Virus record (IMG/VR): IMGVR_UViG_3300020045_001266
Location: 1 to 43,397 of that record
Source: a virus
Taxonomy: Duplodnaviria > Caudoviricetes
DNA length: 43,397 nt
Reading direction: 5' to 3' (one strand)
The position numbers and the translations under genes are program-made. This document shows, piece after piece, positions 10,188-19,928 of this stretch; within the stretch, counting starts at the first letter, position 1, and each line of letters opens with the position of its first letter. The notes below the pieces were generated by a model that saw only the letters and a program-made list of their open reading frames with translations, made no database searches and was not told the origin of the DNA.

Positions 10188-12245
10188 TTAATTTCCAATT
10201 GCAACTTCCATTGTCATGGAAACGACGGTCAACGGCAATGGGTCAACCTGTCGCACGTAAATCGCGGCATCGTCGCCCCAGTCCGGCCGAACGTCGATCT
10301 CAATTTCCCCAGTCACCAGCGCGGGCGGCGAGCCATACGCTTCGGTGGTACGCTGCTTGAACTCCACCAACATATTGAGCTGTGGGCCGGCGAAGATGCC
10401 GCTGGAGCTGGCCACGCGCATCCATACCTTGTTCACATTTTTCACCCGGCCCTGGCCGAAACCGTTGTCGATCTGCGCCGCCAGCGGCAGCGTCTTAGCG
10501 TCGGCGGTGATCGGCAGGCCCACCTGCACCACACTGGCCGGGTTGTCGAGCGTGATCGCGCCGCCAGTGACTACGCGCTGCGGGTGCACGGCGCCGTCGC
10601 CAAGGATATTGACGGTCTTGCCTTCCAGCCAGATCAGGCCTGTAACGGTGCTGGTTGGTGCTCCGCTATACGTGGCGCCGCAGTCGACAAAGAAGGCATC
10701 CTGCTGCGCGCCGATCAGCCGGTCCGCCTGGCGCTCGATGAAGCGGCGCTGCACGCCGTTGATCAGCCGGCGCACCACGACATACAGCACGTCGCGCCGG
10801 CCCTCGGCCACCACCGCGCACGATTCAAATGAGCCGTCCGTGTCGTGCTGGTGCCAGGCGCCTACCTGCTGTTCAGGCACATAGGTCAGGCCCAGCAGCT
10901 TGCCGGTGCTGCTGATGCACCAGACCACCGGCATCGGCGCCTTGGCGTAGGCCATGTCCGTGATATCGGCATTGTCGAACAGGTGCGTAGAGCGCAGCGA
11001 CAGGTCGCCCGATGCGTAGCCGTTGGCGTCGCGCGAATAGGCCATTTCCCGCATGTGGCCGCCGCGCGCCGCGCCGTACAGCAGGTTGTTGTTGATGATG
11101 ACCGGCTGCACGTTGCTGGCGCCGATGTAGCTTTGTGGCTTGACGCTGATGCTGCTGGGCGTCAGCGCATCCGTGTTCACCGACGTGATGCGGAACTCGG
11201 CCGAACTGGTCAGCACCAGCAGATCGGACAGCGGGACCAGGTGCCGGATGGTATTTGCCTGCAGCGCCGCGATGCGGAAGGCAATACGATCATCGTCGCG
11301 CGTCGGCAGCGAATACGACATGTCCGACTCGGTTCCGCTGCGCGTCATCCATATTTTCTGCGGCGCGTTGAGCGTGCCGGCGAAGACCCGGCGCTGCTCG
11401 TAGTAGCTGGTGGCACCTGGGTAATCGCCAGCCGCCTGGAAAATCGTGTCGTACATGGGCGGCGTCAGCGACAGGTCGGCGCCGATATTGTCATCGACCA
11501 GCGAAAGATCGGTCGTGCGGCCGATGAAGCCGTAACTGCCGCCGACCTTCTTGTAGACGATGTACTGCGTGACGCCGGCCACCGCGCCCGCCGGCGCCGT
11601 CCAGGCGATCGTGTTGCTGGCGCCGGACGTGAAAATGTTGTTCACGCAGGTGCCCGGCGCGCTGGCCACCGATTGCGTCAGCAGGTCGGCCGCCAGGGTG
11701 GTCACCACATAGCTGTAGTTGTAGCCTGTGCGCACGGCGTCAGGCGTGGCGCTTACCCCAGTTGGCGGCAACACGGCAGGCGTGAACGCGATCGTGGTCA
11801 GCGTCCAGTTGGTGGCGCCCAGCCGGCGCAACTCGCGCGGCGCATAGTTCGGATGCACCAGAGTCAGCACGTCGCCCGATTGCGTATAGTGGATATCGAA
11901 CAGATCAGCCGCGGCGTACGGGGTGACGACCTCATACGGCACGCCAGCACTCAGCAGCGTGGCGCCCTGCGTGTGGAAGCGGATATAGCCGGCGCCGAAT
12001 TCCAGCACCATCGTCTGCGTGGTCGAATATGTGAACGGGATCAGCTTTGGCATGACGGCTGAATCCTTCACCTCACGCACGTGGGCGAAGCCGGCCCGGT
12101 TCTCAATCGGCCCCTGCGGCTTGACGACGAAGTTTCTGCACAGGGCCAGGCCTGTTTGAAATTTTAAATCGGTGATCTGGCCGAAGAATTCCGGCGTCAT
12201 CTCGCCGCCGTTGAAGCTCTGTTTGTAGGTGCGAAGGTTAGCCAT
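10188..12245 (-). CDS. Tail nozzle / tail tubular protein B
   Basis: 685 aa, beta-rich. N-terminus SFNGGEMTP...CRNFVVKPQGPIENRAG is typical of podovirus nozzle proteins. Confidence 0.85.
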   Translation of the reverse strand: MANLRTYKQSFNGGEMTPEFFGQITDLKFQTGLALCRNFVVKPQGPIENRAGFAHVREVKDSAVMPKLIPFTYSTTQTMVLEFGAGYIRFHTQGATLLSAGVPYEVVTPYAAADLFDIHYTQSGDVLTLVHPNYAPRELRRLGATNWTLTTIAFTPAVLPPTGVSATPDAVRTGYNYSYVVTTLAADLLTQSVASAPGTCVNNIFTSGASNTIAWTAPAGAVAGVTQYIVYKKVGGSYGFIGRTTDLSLVDDNIGADLSLTPPMYDTIFQAAGDYPGATSYYEQRRVFAGTLNAPQKIWMTRSGTESDMSYSLPTRDDDRIAFRIAALQANTIRHLVPLSDLLVLTSSAEFRITSVNTDALTPSSISVKPQSYIGASNVQPVIINNNLLYGAARGGHMREMAYSRDANGYASGDLSLRSTHLFDNADITDMAYAKAPMPVVWCISSTGKLLGLTYVPEQQVGAWHQHDTDGSFESCAVVAEGRRDVLYVVVRRLINGVQRRFIERQADRLIGAQQDAFFVDCGATYSGAPTSTVTGLIWLEGKTVNILGDGAVHPQRVVTGGAITLDNPASVVQVGLPITADAKTLPLAAQIDNGFGQGRVKNVNKVWMRVASSSGIFAGPQLNMLVEFKQRTTEAYGSPPALVTGEIEIDVRPDWGDDAAIYVRQVDPLPLTVVSMTMEVAIGN

Positions 12246-12926
12246 TTAGCGCCCCGCCAGCCAAGGAACCGACTGCTCAATCGGCTGGCGCATCTGGTTC
12301 GCGTCCGCCACGCCGGCCTTGCTCAACATCGCCATGGCGATACCCAGTTGTTTCTCGCCCACAGCAATGCCGGTATCGCCTTTCAGCACGGGCCCAGCCA
12401 AGTAGCTTGACAGCAGGCGCGCGAACGTCATAACAAACAGCGGGGAGAACTTGCTTGTGTCGGTGACCACGCGGGTATATCGCAGCACGGCATCAATCTG
12501 GTTCGTGTAGATCACGATATTGCCATCCTCGTCGGATTCGACCGTGAATGGCTGTGCGGTGTAGACGTTGACGCGGCCGGTATAGTCGCCCACCTGGCTA
12601 TATGCCGATACGCTGGTACGTTCGTAGCCGGTGGTGTAGTCGCCGCTGGCGCCTTCTGGCAATACCGCGATGACTTTGAGGCAGTCACTCGGCTGCGCAT
12701 AGGCATAGTCCCATTCGGACCAGTTCTGTGTGACCTCAGCCAGCTTGACGCGCGCGGTGTTGAATTTCCAGTCGTGCATTTCCAGCAGTGCGTTGCGTGC
12801 GATTGGATACCAGCGAGCGCAGTGCTCGGCCTGGGCTGATCCTTCTGGTGGATCGAGGCTGGCCACGGTGGCGCTGTCGCCAAGATGGGAGAGTGCGAGG
12901 TTAGCAATGTCAACTTCGGAAGCCAA
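12246..12926 (-). CDS. Head-tail adaptor / tail tubular protein A
   Basis: Start reassigned to TTG at 12926 with RBS AAGGGGAA. MASEVDIANLALSHLGD and HDWKFN motifs; 226 aa. Confidence 0.8.
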   Translation of the reverse strand: MASEVDIANLALSHLGDSATVASLDPPEGSAQAEHCARWYPIARNALLEMHDWKFNTARVKLAEVTQNWSEWDYAYAQPSDCLKVIAVLPEGASGDYTTGYERTSVSAYSQVGDYTGRVNVYTAQPFTVESDEDGNIVIYTNQIDAVLRYTRVVTDTSKFSPLFVMTFARLLSSYLAGPVLKGDTGIAVGEKQLGIAMAMLSKAGVADANQMRQPIEQSVPWLAGR

Positions 12927-12945
12927 AATATTCCCCTTAGAAATG

Positions 12946-12972
12946 AAAAAGGGCGACCGCAAGATCGCCCTT
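12946..12972 (-). terminator. Intrinsic terminator after the capsid block
   Basis: Minus strand GGGCGAT-CTTGCG-GTCGCCC followed by TTTTT. Confidence 0.75.
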
Positions 12973-13002
12973 CGAAAATGCGCCGTGCCAGGCGATGATG
13001 TT

Positions 13003-13512
13003 TTACGCGTCGGCGCTGTCGGCCGTGCCGGCTGGTGCTTTGCCTGCTTTGTGCTTCGCTTCTTCTTTGGCGACGGTCGGCTTGGTGGCATCGACTGCGG
13101 CCGCTTCCAGCTTCACTTCTTCCACGGCCGGTGCGGCCGGTGCGGCTGGCGCTTCTACCGCAGGCGCGGCGCTGACGCCGGCCAGTGCATTCGCCAGGGT
13201 GGCGGCGAACATGGCGCTCATGCGCTCCATCAGCGCTTCGGTGTCGGCGGCCTGCTGGCGCTGCATGTCTGCCATCTGCTTGATGATCGTGGAGGGATCG
13301 ACAGCGCCAGCGTTTGGCGAATCCTTAGCATCTTGCAGCATGGTAGCGATGCGCTGCTTGTTCGATGCTTCGTACTGCGCGCGCTTGGCGCGGCCGGCAT
13401 CGTCCAGTGGCTCCAGGTTGCCCGACACTTCGCCGTCATATTCGACTTCTTCGCCGGCTTCGTAAATCTGGTTGTTGACCAGCGACTTTTCGAGGACTTT
13501 GTAACGTGGCAT
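13003..13512 (-). CDS. Hypothetical virion-associated protein
   Basis: 169 aa, RBS AGGAG, Ala/Pro-rich C-terminus, between the cement and adaptor genes. Confidence 0.7.
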   Translation of the reverse strand: MPRYKVLEKSLVNNQIYEAGEEVEYDGEVSGNLEPLDDAGRAKRAQYEASNKQRIATMLQDAKDSPNAGAVDPSTIIKQMADMQRQQAADTEALMERMSAMFAATLANALAGVSAAPAVEAPAAPAAPAVEEVKLEAAAVDATKPTVAKEEAKHKAGKAPAGTADSADA

Positions 13513-13532
13513 TTTATGCTCCTATCTTGTGG

Positions 13533-13556
13533 AAACAGCCCCGAAGGGCTGGGTTT
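13533..13556 (-). terminator. cUUCGg hairpin / weak terminator after the cement gene
   Basis: Minus strand CAGCCC-TTCG-GGGCTG followed by TTT. Confidence 0.5.
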
Positions 13557-13557
13557 G

Positions 13558-14043
13558 TTAGGCGACCGTGAAGCCCGATTTGAAGTACAGACGGGTCGAC
13601 TGGATATCCTTGACGACAGCGGCAGTATAGCTGGCCGTGGCGATAGCGCCGGTGTTCACGTAGCGCAGGGCCACATAACGCTTCGGGGCATTCGGGGATG
13701 GCGACCAGCGCAGGCCCAGGATCGTACCGGCCGGCAGCTGCGCGACTGGATAGTCGGGCGTCTGGCTGATCACTTGCACGTTCGTGGTGATCGCAGCGTC
13801 ATCGGCCTGGACCAGTTGGAATTGCACGCTGGTGCCCACGGTCGGCGCGGTGACAACCGACACTTCGACGTAGACGTTTTCGCCAGCACCCATGTCGCCA
13901 GCCTGGTTACCGCCCAGCAGCAGCGGCGCAATGTCGATGGTGTTGGACGAAAGGAACGAGCCGGCGCCGTTGACCGTCTGGGGCGTCAGTACGTTGGTGG
14001 CGCTTACCGCGCCGGACAGCAGGAGAAGACCGTCGAGAATCAT
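13558..14043 (-). CDS. Capsid cement protein (Bbp16-like)
   Basis: 161 aa, starts MILDGLLLLS, contains KRYVALRY, immediately downstream of the major capsid gene as in BPP-1. Confidence 0.75.
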   Translation of the reverse strand: MILDGLLLLSGAVSATNVLTPQTVNGAGSFLSSNTIDIAPLLLGGNQAGDMGAGENVYVEVSVVTAPTVGTSVQFQLVQADDAAITTNVQVISQTPDYPVAQLPAGTILGLRWSPSPNAPKRYVALRYVNTGAIATASYTAAVVKDIQSTRLYFKSGFTVA

Positions 14044-14077
14044 GATTGTTTCCTTGGTGGGTGAGTGACTGCGCCGA

Positions 14078-15097
14078 TTAAACGACGCGGGCCTCGGTGT
14101 TCAGCAACTGGTCGACCTTGCGCAGTGGGATGCCCAGGAACGTGGTCATCTTGTACGCGGTGCCGAACTGCGACACGGCCGGCTCGATGGCCAGGGCGTT
14201 GGCCGACTTGTTCATCGCCGCAATACGCAGCATCGAGTAGACGGTACGGTTTGCATAGAAGACCGGGCGGCCCATGGCCAGGCTCGGGATGCGGTCCAGC
14301 GCGCGGATCATCAGGTTGATGATGGCCGTCGCGGCAGCGGCAGCCTGCGTGCCCGACTGGCCGGTCAGGTCGGCAACGTTGATGTTGGCGATGCGGACCA
14401 CATAGCGCCAGTCTTTGACGACCAGGCCGTTTGCCCAGGTGTACAGCGAGCGCACGGCTTGGTAGTAGTTGCCGTTGGCATCGGTTACCGACTCTTCGCC
14501 CAGGTCGCGGTGTTCCAGGCCGGCATGCGAGCCTTTCGGGTAGATGCAATAAACGGTGTCTTCGCCCCACACGACCAGATAGATGCTGGTGTTGTTGGTG
14601 CCGGTGCCGCCTGCGTCGATGATGTTGGCGCCATTGCCAGCGCCCAGCGAGCTGTAACGGGTTTGCAGGCCCAGGAACTGGCGTGGGTCAACAGACGGAT
14701 TGCCGTAGAACATGACGCCGGCCATGGTCTGGTTCATCGCTTCCAGGAATGCGCGGTCTTCCGACATGCGGAAGTCGCCAGGGTTCGCGGCCATGCGTAC
14801 CAGTTGCACGTCGATGTGCGAACGAGCTTCCAGCAAGCCAGCTGCTTCATCGACCTGCGTCACGGTCGATTTGCTCAGCGGCACGCCCTGGTTGATCATG
14901 CGGTAGTAGACCTGCGGCAGACCGGTGCGGATCGAGACGCGCTCGCCGGTGGTCGTGTTGCCTTCCTTGAAAACTGCGTCTTCGAGGATTTCATTGGTTT
15001 GCGACAAAACTTCGGCCACCTTTGGCGCGCGGCCGTCCGGGTCCATCCGTTTCGCGGCATCGATCAGGGTGAGCTGATTTGCTTGAAGAGTTGCCAT
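14078..15097 (-). CDS. Major capsid protein (BPP-1 Bbp17 / epsilon15 gp7-like)
   Basis: 339 aa. Motifs EVLSQTNEILED, RTGLP, DWRYVVRIANI and FLGIPLRKVDQLLNTEARVV. Confidence 0.92.
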   Translation of the reverse strand: MATLQANQLTLIDAAKRMDPDGRAPKVAEVLSQTNEILEDAVFKEGNTTTGERVSIRTGLPQVYYRMINQGVPLSKSTVTQVDEAAGLLEARSHIDVQLVRMAANPGDFRMSEDRAFLEAMNQTMAGVMFYGNPSVDPRQFLGLQTRYSSLGAGNGANIIDAGGTGTNNTSIYLVVWGEDTVYCIYPKGSHAGLEHRDLGEESVTDANGNYYQAVRSLYTWANGLVVKDWRYVVRIANINVADLTGQSGTQAAAAATAIINLMIRALDRIPSLAMGRPVFYANRTVYSMLRIAAMNKSANALAIEPAVSQFGTAYKMTTFLGIPLRKVDQLLNTEARVV

Positions 15098-15118
15098 CTT
15101 GTGATACTCCTTGAGGTG

Positions 15119-15817
15119 TTACGACGATTTTGTCGAAGGATAAAGTACTTGTGCTGCGGTACGTGAACTGTTGCCGGCGTCCGACTGGCCGCCATTCACG
15201 ATCTTGTCTTCGCCCAGGGCCTTGCCAGCGCGGACCATGAAGCGGATAAGTTCGGGGTGATTACCCAGGCCAGAATCATTCAGCAGCGCCTTCAATTCCG
15301 GCGTGGCGAACTGCGTCATAGCCTTTTGTGCGTGCGCCATGTTCGCGCTCAGCTGCTCGCCGCCGAATTCCTTGTCGGCTTTCGACTGCGTTTCCCATTC
15401 GGTGCGCACGGCCTGCAATTGCTCGGCCTGGCGGGCGGCCATGATCGGGGCCATCTTGTCGATCATCTTCTGCGCGGCGTCCTGCGGCAAGTTGAGCTCG
15501 CGCGCGGCTTCTTCGAACTGGCCCATCACGCTCGGGTCGAGCGTGGCGCCTTCGGGGGCCTTGAAGCTTTCGTACTTCTCGGGCGCGCCGGCTGCCTTGG
15601 CGGCTGCCGCTGCTTCGTCGGTCTTGGCCTGCTCAGCCTCCGCGATCTGCTCGGGGGTCTGCGCTACTTCGGTGGCGGCCGCGCCGGTGTCGGCGGTAGC
15701 AGTGCCAGCGGCGCCGGCTTCGGTTACTGCTGCCGTCGTGGTGGTTGCATCGGTAGCGGCGGTGGTTGCGGCGCCTTCTTGGGTTGCGGCAGCCGTCATC
15801 ATCGTTTCTTGGGTCAT
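15119..15817 (-). CDS. Capsid scaffolding protein
   Basis: Start reassigned to ATG 15817 (RBS AAGGAG). Thr/Ala-rich N-terminus, APEKYE and GLGNHPELIR motifs; 232 aa. Confidence 0.8.
   Translation of the reverse strand: MTQETMMTAAATQEGAATTAATDATTTTAAVTEAGAAGTATADTGAAATEVAQTPEQIAEAEQAKTDEAAAAAKAAGAPEKYESFKAPEGATLDPSVMGQFEEAARELNLPQDAAQKMIDKMAPIMAARQAEQLQAVRTEWETQSKADKEFGGEQLSANMAHAQKAMTQFATPELKALLNDSGLGNHPELIRFMVRAGKALGEDKIVNGGQSDAGNSSRTAAQVLYPSTKSS
15137..15169 (-). promoter_or_regulatory. Putative late promoter for the major capsid gene, inside the scaffold 3' end
   Basis: AGTTCACGTACC-N15-TATCCT. Confidence 0.7.
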
Positions 15818-16125
15818 TTCTGTTGCTCCTTCATCATGGTTGAGTAAAGATCGGGGCAGTGCTCGTGCACCTTGGCCAGCAGCTTGATGCCATCGTTGCG
15901 CTTGCCTTCGTTGAATGCCATTTGCATGGCGGTGGGGTGATAGCTTGATGCGAAAACGCCAGACTCTTCCAACTGTCGCCACACGATGCGCCGACCGCGC
16001 ACATCGGCCATCAGCCACTTGAAGTCTGCGATGGCCCTTTCGTTGGCGATCTTCTGGCGCAGTTTTTCATCATCCCCGGCGCTACCTACGTCTAAGTCAT
16101 ATGGGTCTTGATCTTGCGTACTCAT
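15814..16125 (-). CDS. Bbp19-like head-region protein
   Basis: 103 aa, DFKWLMADVRGRRIVWRQL...MAFNEGKRNDG, directly upstream of the scaffold gene. Confidence 0.75.
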   Translation of the reverse strand: MSTQDQDPYDLDVGSAGDDEKLRQKIANERAIADFKWLMADVRGRRIVWRQLEESGVFASSYHPTAMQMAFNEGKRNDGIKLLAKVHEHCPDLYSTMMKEQQK

Positions 16126-17909
16126 GACAGAATTTTCCTCGGGCTGACATTTTTATACCGGACACGGAAGAGGCCATTTGCTTTAGATTGAGCCCTTAAC
16201 CTTGGCTGAACATTTGTTATGCCTGGGAAAATAGGCATTGGCTCCAATGACATTTTCCCCGATGACCATTTCAATCCTTGCTGGATGCCGCTCATCGATT
16301 GGTTATCCCACACTACAGCATTGCCGCCGGTCAGCTCCATAGTGCAGATTAAGCCGTAGCAGTCTTGTGGGTTTGTCGGTATTTCAACATCGTAATCCAT
16401 CGTGACCACATCGCCGACATTTGGAAGAATGGTCGGACGCGGAGCGACGCGAAACGCATTCCCGTCTGCGGAAGCACCAAAAACGATGAACTCTTGCCAG
16501 CGTGTGCCATCCCGTTCCGTATAACTATGGGCGGTAACTGTCACGCCAGCACCTTCAACAGTACAGGCCCAATTATCACCAAGACCCGCAACGGTACCCG
16601 ACTGGATGAAAGTCCACATTACTGTGCCATCGCTGGCCGATCCTTCAAGATGCGTCGGAGCGGTGGCGCCCGTTGTGCCACCGACTGGCGCGTAATACAG
16701 ATTCCCGGCATTAATGCGGAAAGAACGGTTTGCAACAACCGTTAAAGTTACCCATGCAGCAGTGGCGGAAGAGCCCGCATTCAAGGCTCCACTACTCCCT
16801 GCGAATGCTCCCTCATTACCCTGCAGAAGATTGCCTCCTGGGTTGATGGCGCTGTAATAGTCGCCGCCGCCGATGTTCGAAGAAATGCGGCTTTCTGTCA
16901 GCAAGGAATTGATTATTGGCAGGTTGGCGTCTGCTGCAACATGTGCCAGGCCGCCTGCTGGGTGCTTGCCATCACCCGTATATCCATTGTAAACGGAGCT
17001 ATTGGCGTCGAGCGCGTTGGTGGCACCGCTCCAATCTGCCACATTCATCCGGCGAGATTGTGCGGCAGAGATCAACCCCCTGTTCCCGCTGACAAGATTG
17101 GCTTGTCGCTGCGCTGTATATTCGCCAGTGAATGTAAGCGCGCCGCCGGCAGCATCACGGCCGTATCTTGATGGCAGTGTTTGGGCGATAACAGGCCTTC
17201 CAGTCTGCAATATGACGTCGGCATTTGCAACCGTTTGCGATACGCTGACGTCAACAGGCATATTCCCGGTTACTGCATCATTTCCGGATATGCACATCAG
17301 GTATGCGTCGGCTTGCAATGCCGATATTTGCGCAATCCTTTTTGCGATATCGGTCGACTGGCTGCCGCCAATGCCCTGCGTAGCGAGCCACTTGATGCGC
17401 TCTTTTGTGGCAAATGAGAGTTGATATTTCCAGCTCCCATTTGGTCGGCTCCATACCCGAGTGCCCGACGTGAGAACATCGCTTTTATCGCTTGTCGGCA
17501 TCAACCGAGAAATGATTGATACACGCAAATAATTCGCCGTGCTGCCGGATGGGATGTTAAAAATCCCATCGGTAACGTCAACCCATGGGCCCACAGTTTC
17601 GCCGTTCAGGGTGCATCGCATTTGACGCGCGCCGGCGTTGTACTCAAGAAGGCAGTTCCCGCTAGGCGCCAGCAAGTTCCCATAGATTGTTACTGCGCCA
17701 GCAATATTGACGCCTGATGAAAAGCCCAACCCGAAACGGTCGTTCAACTCATTGAACGATGCGCCGAACTCGCACAAAGTGAGTGCCTGTCGGCCTTGGG
17801 CCTCGCTGATCAGCTTTTCTTTACCATCCTCACCGATAAAGCCGACCCATGCCCCCGTTACTGCGTCAACAAGAGGGGTCACGCGAGAAACAATTTTTGT
17901 CGTTGCCAT
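16122..17909 (-). CDS. SGNH/GDSL-family esterase with carbohydrate-binding-like modules
   Basis: 595 aa. Blocks FGAS, QGIGGS, ISGND and DGKHP appear in order, followed by a TTGATAPTH..SASDGTVMW module. Lower GC than neighbours. Confidence 0.65.
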   Translation of the reverse strand: MATTKIVSRVTPLVDAVTGAWVGFIGEDGKEKLISEAQGRQALTLCEFGASFNELNDRFGLGFSSGVNIAGAVTIYGNLLAPSGNCLLEYNAGARQMRCTLNGETVGPWVDVTDGIFNIPSGSTANYLRVSIISRLMPTSDKSDVLTSGTRVWSRPNGSWKYQLSFATKERIKWLATQGIGGSQSTDIAKRIAQISALQADAYLMCISGNDAVTGNMPVDVSVSQTVANADVILQTGRPVIAQTLPSRYGRDAAGGALTFTGEYTAQRQANLVSGNRGLISAAQSRRMNVADWSGATNALDANSSVYNGYTGDGKHPAGGLAHVAADANLPIINSLLTESRISSNIGGGDYYSAINPGGNLLQGNEGAFAGSSGALNAGSSATAAWVTLTVVANRSFRINAGNLYYAPVGGTTGATAPTHLEGSASDGTVMWTFIQSGTVAGLGDNWACTVEGAGVTVTAHSYTERDGTRWQEFIVFGASADGNAFRVAPRPTILPNVGDVVTMDYDVEIPTNPQDCYGLICTMELTGGNAVVWDNQSMSGIQQGLKWSSGKMSLEPMPIFPGITNVQPRLRAQSKANGLFRVRYKNVSPRKILS

Positions 17910-17914
17910 ATAAA

Positions 17915-18241
17915 CTACTCCTTGGATGGGTAAAGTGTTTGGGCGGCGGTCTTGGTTGCCGGCGCCAGTTCCATGTCAGTGATCTGCAGGTCGACGCAAG
18001 TGCGCATTTCTTCCTTGCCATCCTTGTCCATATAGGCGCGCTGGCTGGTGCCGGTGACCTTCATCACAACTTGGCCCGGCATGCTGGTGCCCACCTTGGG
18101 CAACTCAGTCAGCCCAATTTTCTTGAGTGTGTCGTCGTCCAGGTACAGCGATGTGCCGCAGGGGAACATGGGCATGTCGCCGCCGCACATTTCGCCCGCT
18201 TCTTCTTTCGCTTCTTCCTTGGTAAGTTGCAGATTTGCCAC
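17915..18241 (-). CDS. Capsid staple-like protein (epsilon15 gp10-like)
   Basis: 108 aa. FPCGTSLYLDDDTLKKIG...LPKVG...VDLQITDMELAP matches the gp10 pattern as I recall it. Confidence 0.7.
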   Translation of the reverse strand: MANLQLTKEEAKEEAGEMCGGDMPMFPCGTSLYLDDDTLKKIGLTELPKVGTSMPGQVVMKVTGTSQRAYMDKDGKEEMRTCVDLQITDMELAPATKTAAQTLYPSKE

Positions 18242-18260
18242 GGTGATTCCTTTCTAGTTA

Positions 18261-19928
18261 TTAGCCCACGCCTTGGGCAAACAGGTTGAGCACATTGGAA
18301 GCAGCATTCCCGCCTTCCGTTGGAGTTTGGCCCAGGTTCTTGGCCGTTTCGGATGCCTGTTGCATGGCCGCTGCCTGCGCTTGCTGCTGCTGCGCCTGCG
18401 CGCGCTGCTGGCGTATGATGGCCACGCGGTCAGATGCTACGATCAGCTCAGGGTCGACGCCCATCTTCTGGCTGTAGGCCTCGGCCCAGTTGTCGCTGTC
18501 GAACTTGTCGAGTACGTCGGGCTTCATCTGCGCGATCACGCCCAGGTTTCCGACGAAGCGGTCGATGCCATTGGTGCCAACGGCCTGTTGCGCCTGCGCC
18601 AGCACGCTGGTGTATTCGACCTTGAGCTGCTGGCCTTCCAGTTCGGGCGGCGGCGGCGGCAGCGTGCCGGCAGCCAGCAGGCGGTCGAATGCGTTGTCGA
18701 CCAGCGGATTGAGCAACTCATTGTCCAGGCGCTCGATGACCGGGCCCAGCATCAGCAGCTTCTCTTCGTGCCGCTCGGCGATCTCCGTGGCCGTCATCTG
18801 GTGCTGATCCATATTCGACAGCATCAGGAACAGGTCTGTGTAGAAGGCGCTGTTGATGCGGCCGCGCACGTCCTGCATGTCGAGCAGCAGGTGCTGCAGG
18901 TTCAGATTGACCTGGTACAGAGGGGCGATGGGCTGGCTGGCCGCGCCATCGTAGAAGCTGACGCCGCCAGGCAGCGTGTTGAGCTGCTGGTTCTTCATGG
19001 CCATCGGGATTTGAATCGGTGGCTCGACCTGGTAGCGGATCGCCTTGCCCTTGCTGATCTGCTCCATCTGCAACTGCTTGACGTCGCCCAGGGCTTCCAT
19101 GCCTGGGCTGTTGCCGTAGATATCGCCGCCCGACACTTCCCAGCGCGGGCACAGCGCGGCGAAGCGCTTGAAGCCGGATTCGCGCAGGTACTTGCCAGTG
19201 TCGCCGCCCAGTTCCCAATACACGGACTTCCAGGCCATGTTTTTGGCGTCGAGCTTGCGCGTGTCGCGGTCGGCGCGCGGTTCAATCGAGTGGATCAGCG
19301 TCACCCAGGTATCGAGCTGGCCGTTGTCGAACAGCGTGCGGATGGTGTTGCTGCAGTTCTCCTTGCCGAATTCCTTGACGATCTCGCTGACCGTCTTCTG
19401 GAACTCTCGGTACAGAGTACATACCTCGCCGCGCCAGTCGGTGGCGATGCAGTACTCGCCGGCCGTCAGCGGGTGCTGGCGGATCACGTCGTCGTAGTCG
19501 TCGGTGATCAGGCTGGCAGCCGTGCCGAAGGCGCCCATTTCCTGATAGATGCTGTGCAGCGAGCGGTAGGTGTTCGAACGCTGGAACACGTTCAGGATTT
19601 GCTGCGTAACCACGCTCAGCCACACCTTGACGGCGCCCGACTTCATCAGGTCTTTGTCGTCGACGGCCAGCTTGAACCACGGGCGTGCCGGAGAAGTGGC
19701 ACCACCCATCAGCCCAGCGCCCAGCACCTTGAGCGCACGCGTGCCGGTGTTGTCGTAAATCTTGTTGTGGCGCCGGTCGCCACGGTTCCGGTCTTCCACC
19801 ATGAAGCGGCCAGAGCGTGGCAGGATGTTGTCGCTGATCTCGCGGTAATGGCTCAGCCAGCTGGACCGCTCGTTTTTGAGCATGGTCCAGCGGCGCAGCA
19901 TCATTTCGCGCTGGGTATCGTTGTTCAT
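18261..19928 (-). CDS. Portal (head-to-tail connector) protein
   Basis: 555 aa, with SPARPWF, DIYGNSPGMEALGD and MTATEIAERHEEKLLMLGPV motifs of T7/BPP-1-type portals. Confidence 0.93.
   Translation of the reverse strand: MNNDTQREMMLRRWTMLKNERSSWLSHYREISDNILPRSGRFMVEDRNRGDRRHNKIYDNTGTRALKVLGAGLMGGATSPARPWFKLAVDDKDLMKSGAVKVWLSVVTQQILNVFQRSNTYRSLHSIYQEMGAFGTAASLITDDYDDVIRQHPLTAGEYCIATDWRGEVCTLYREFQKTVSEIVKEFGKENCSNTIRTLFDNGQLDTWVTLIHSIEPRADRDTRKLDAKNMAWKSVYWELGGDTGKYLRESGFKRFAALCPRWEVSGGDIYGNSPGMEALGDVKQLQMEQISKGKAIRYQVEPPIQIPMAMKNQQLNTLPGGVSFYDGAASQPIAPLYQVNLNLQHLLLDMQDVRGRINSAFYTDLFLMLSNMDQHQMTATEIAERHEEKLLMLGPVIERLDNELLNPLVDNAFDRLLAAGTLPPPPPELEGQQLKVEYTSVLAQAQQAVGTNGIDRFVGNLGVIAQMKPDVLDKFDSDNWAEAYSQKMGVDPELIVASDRVAIIRQQRAQAQQQQAQAAAMQQASETAKNLGQTPTEGGNAASNVLNLFAQGVG

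Noticed and set aside
6261-13672. Partial late-box matches (CTCACGTACC at ~6261, GTTCACGTAG at ~13664)
   Set aside because: Wrong orientation, incomplete and inside coding regions.
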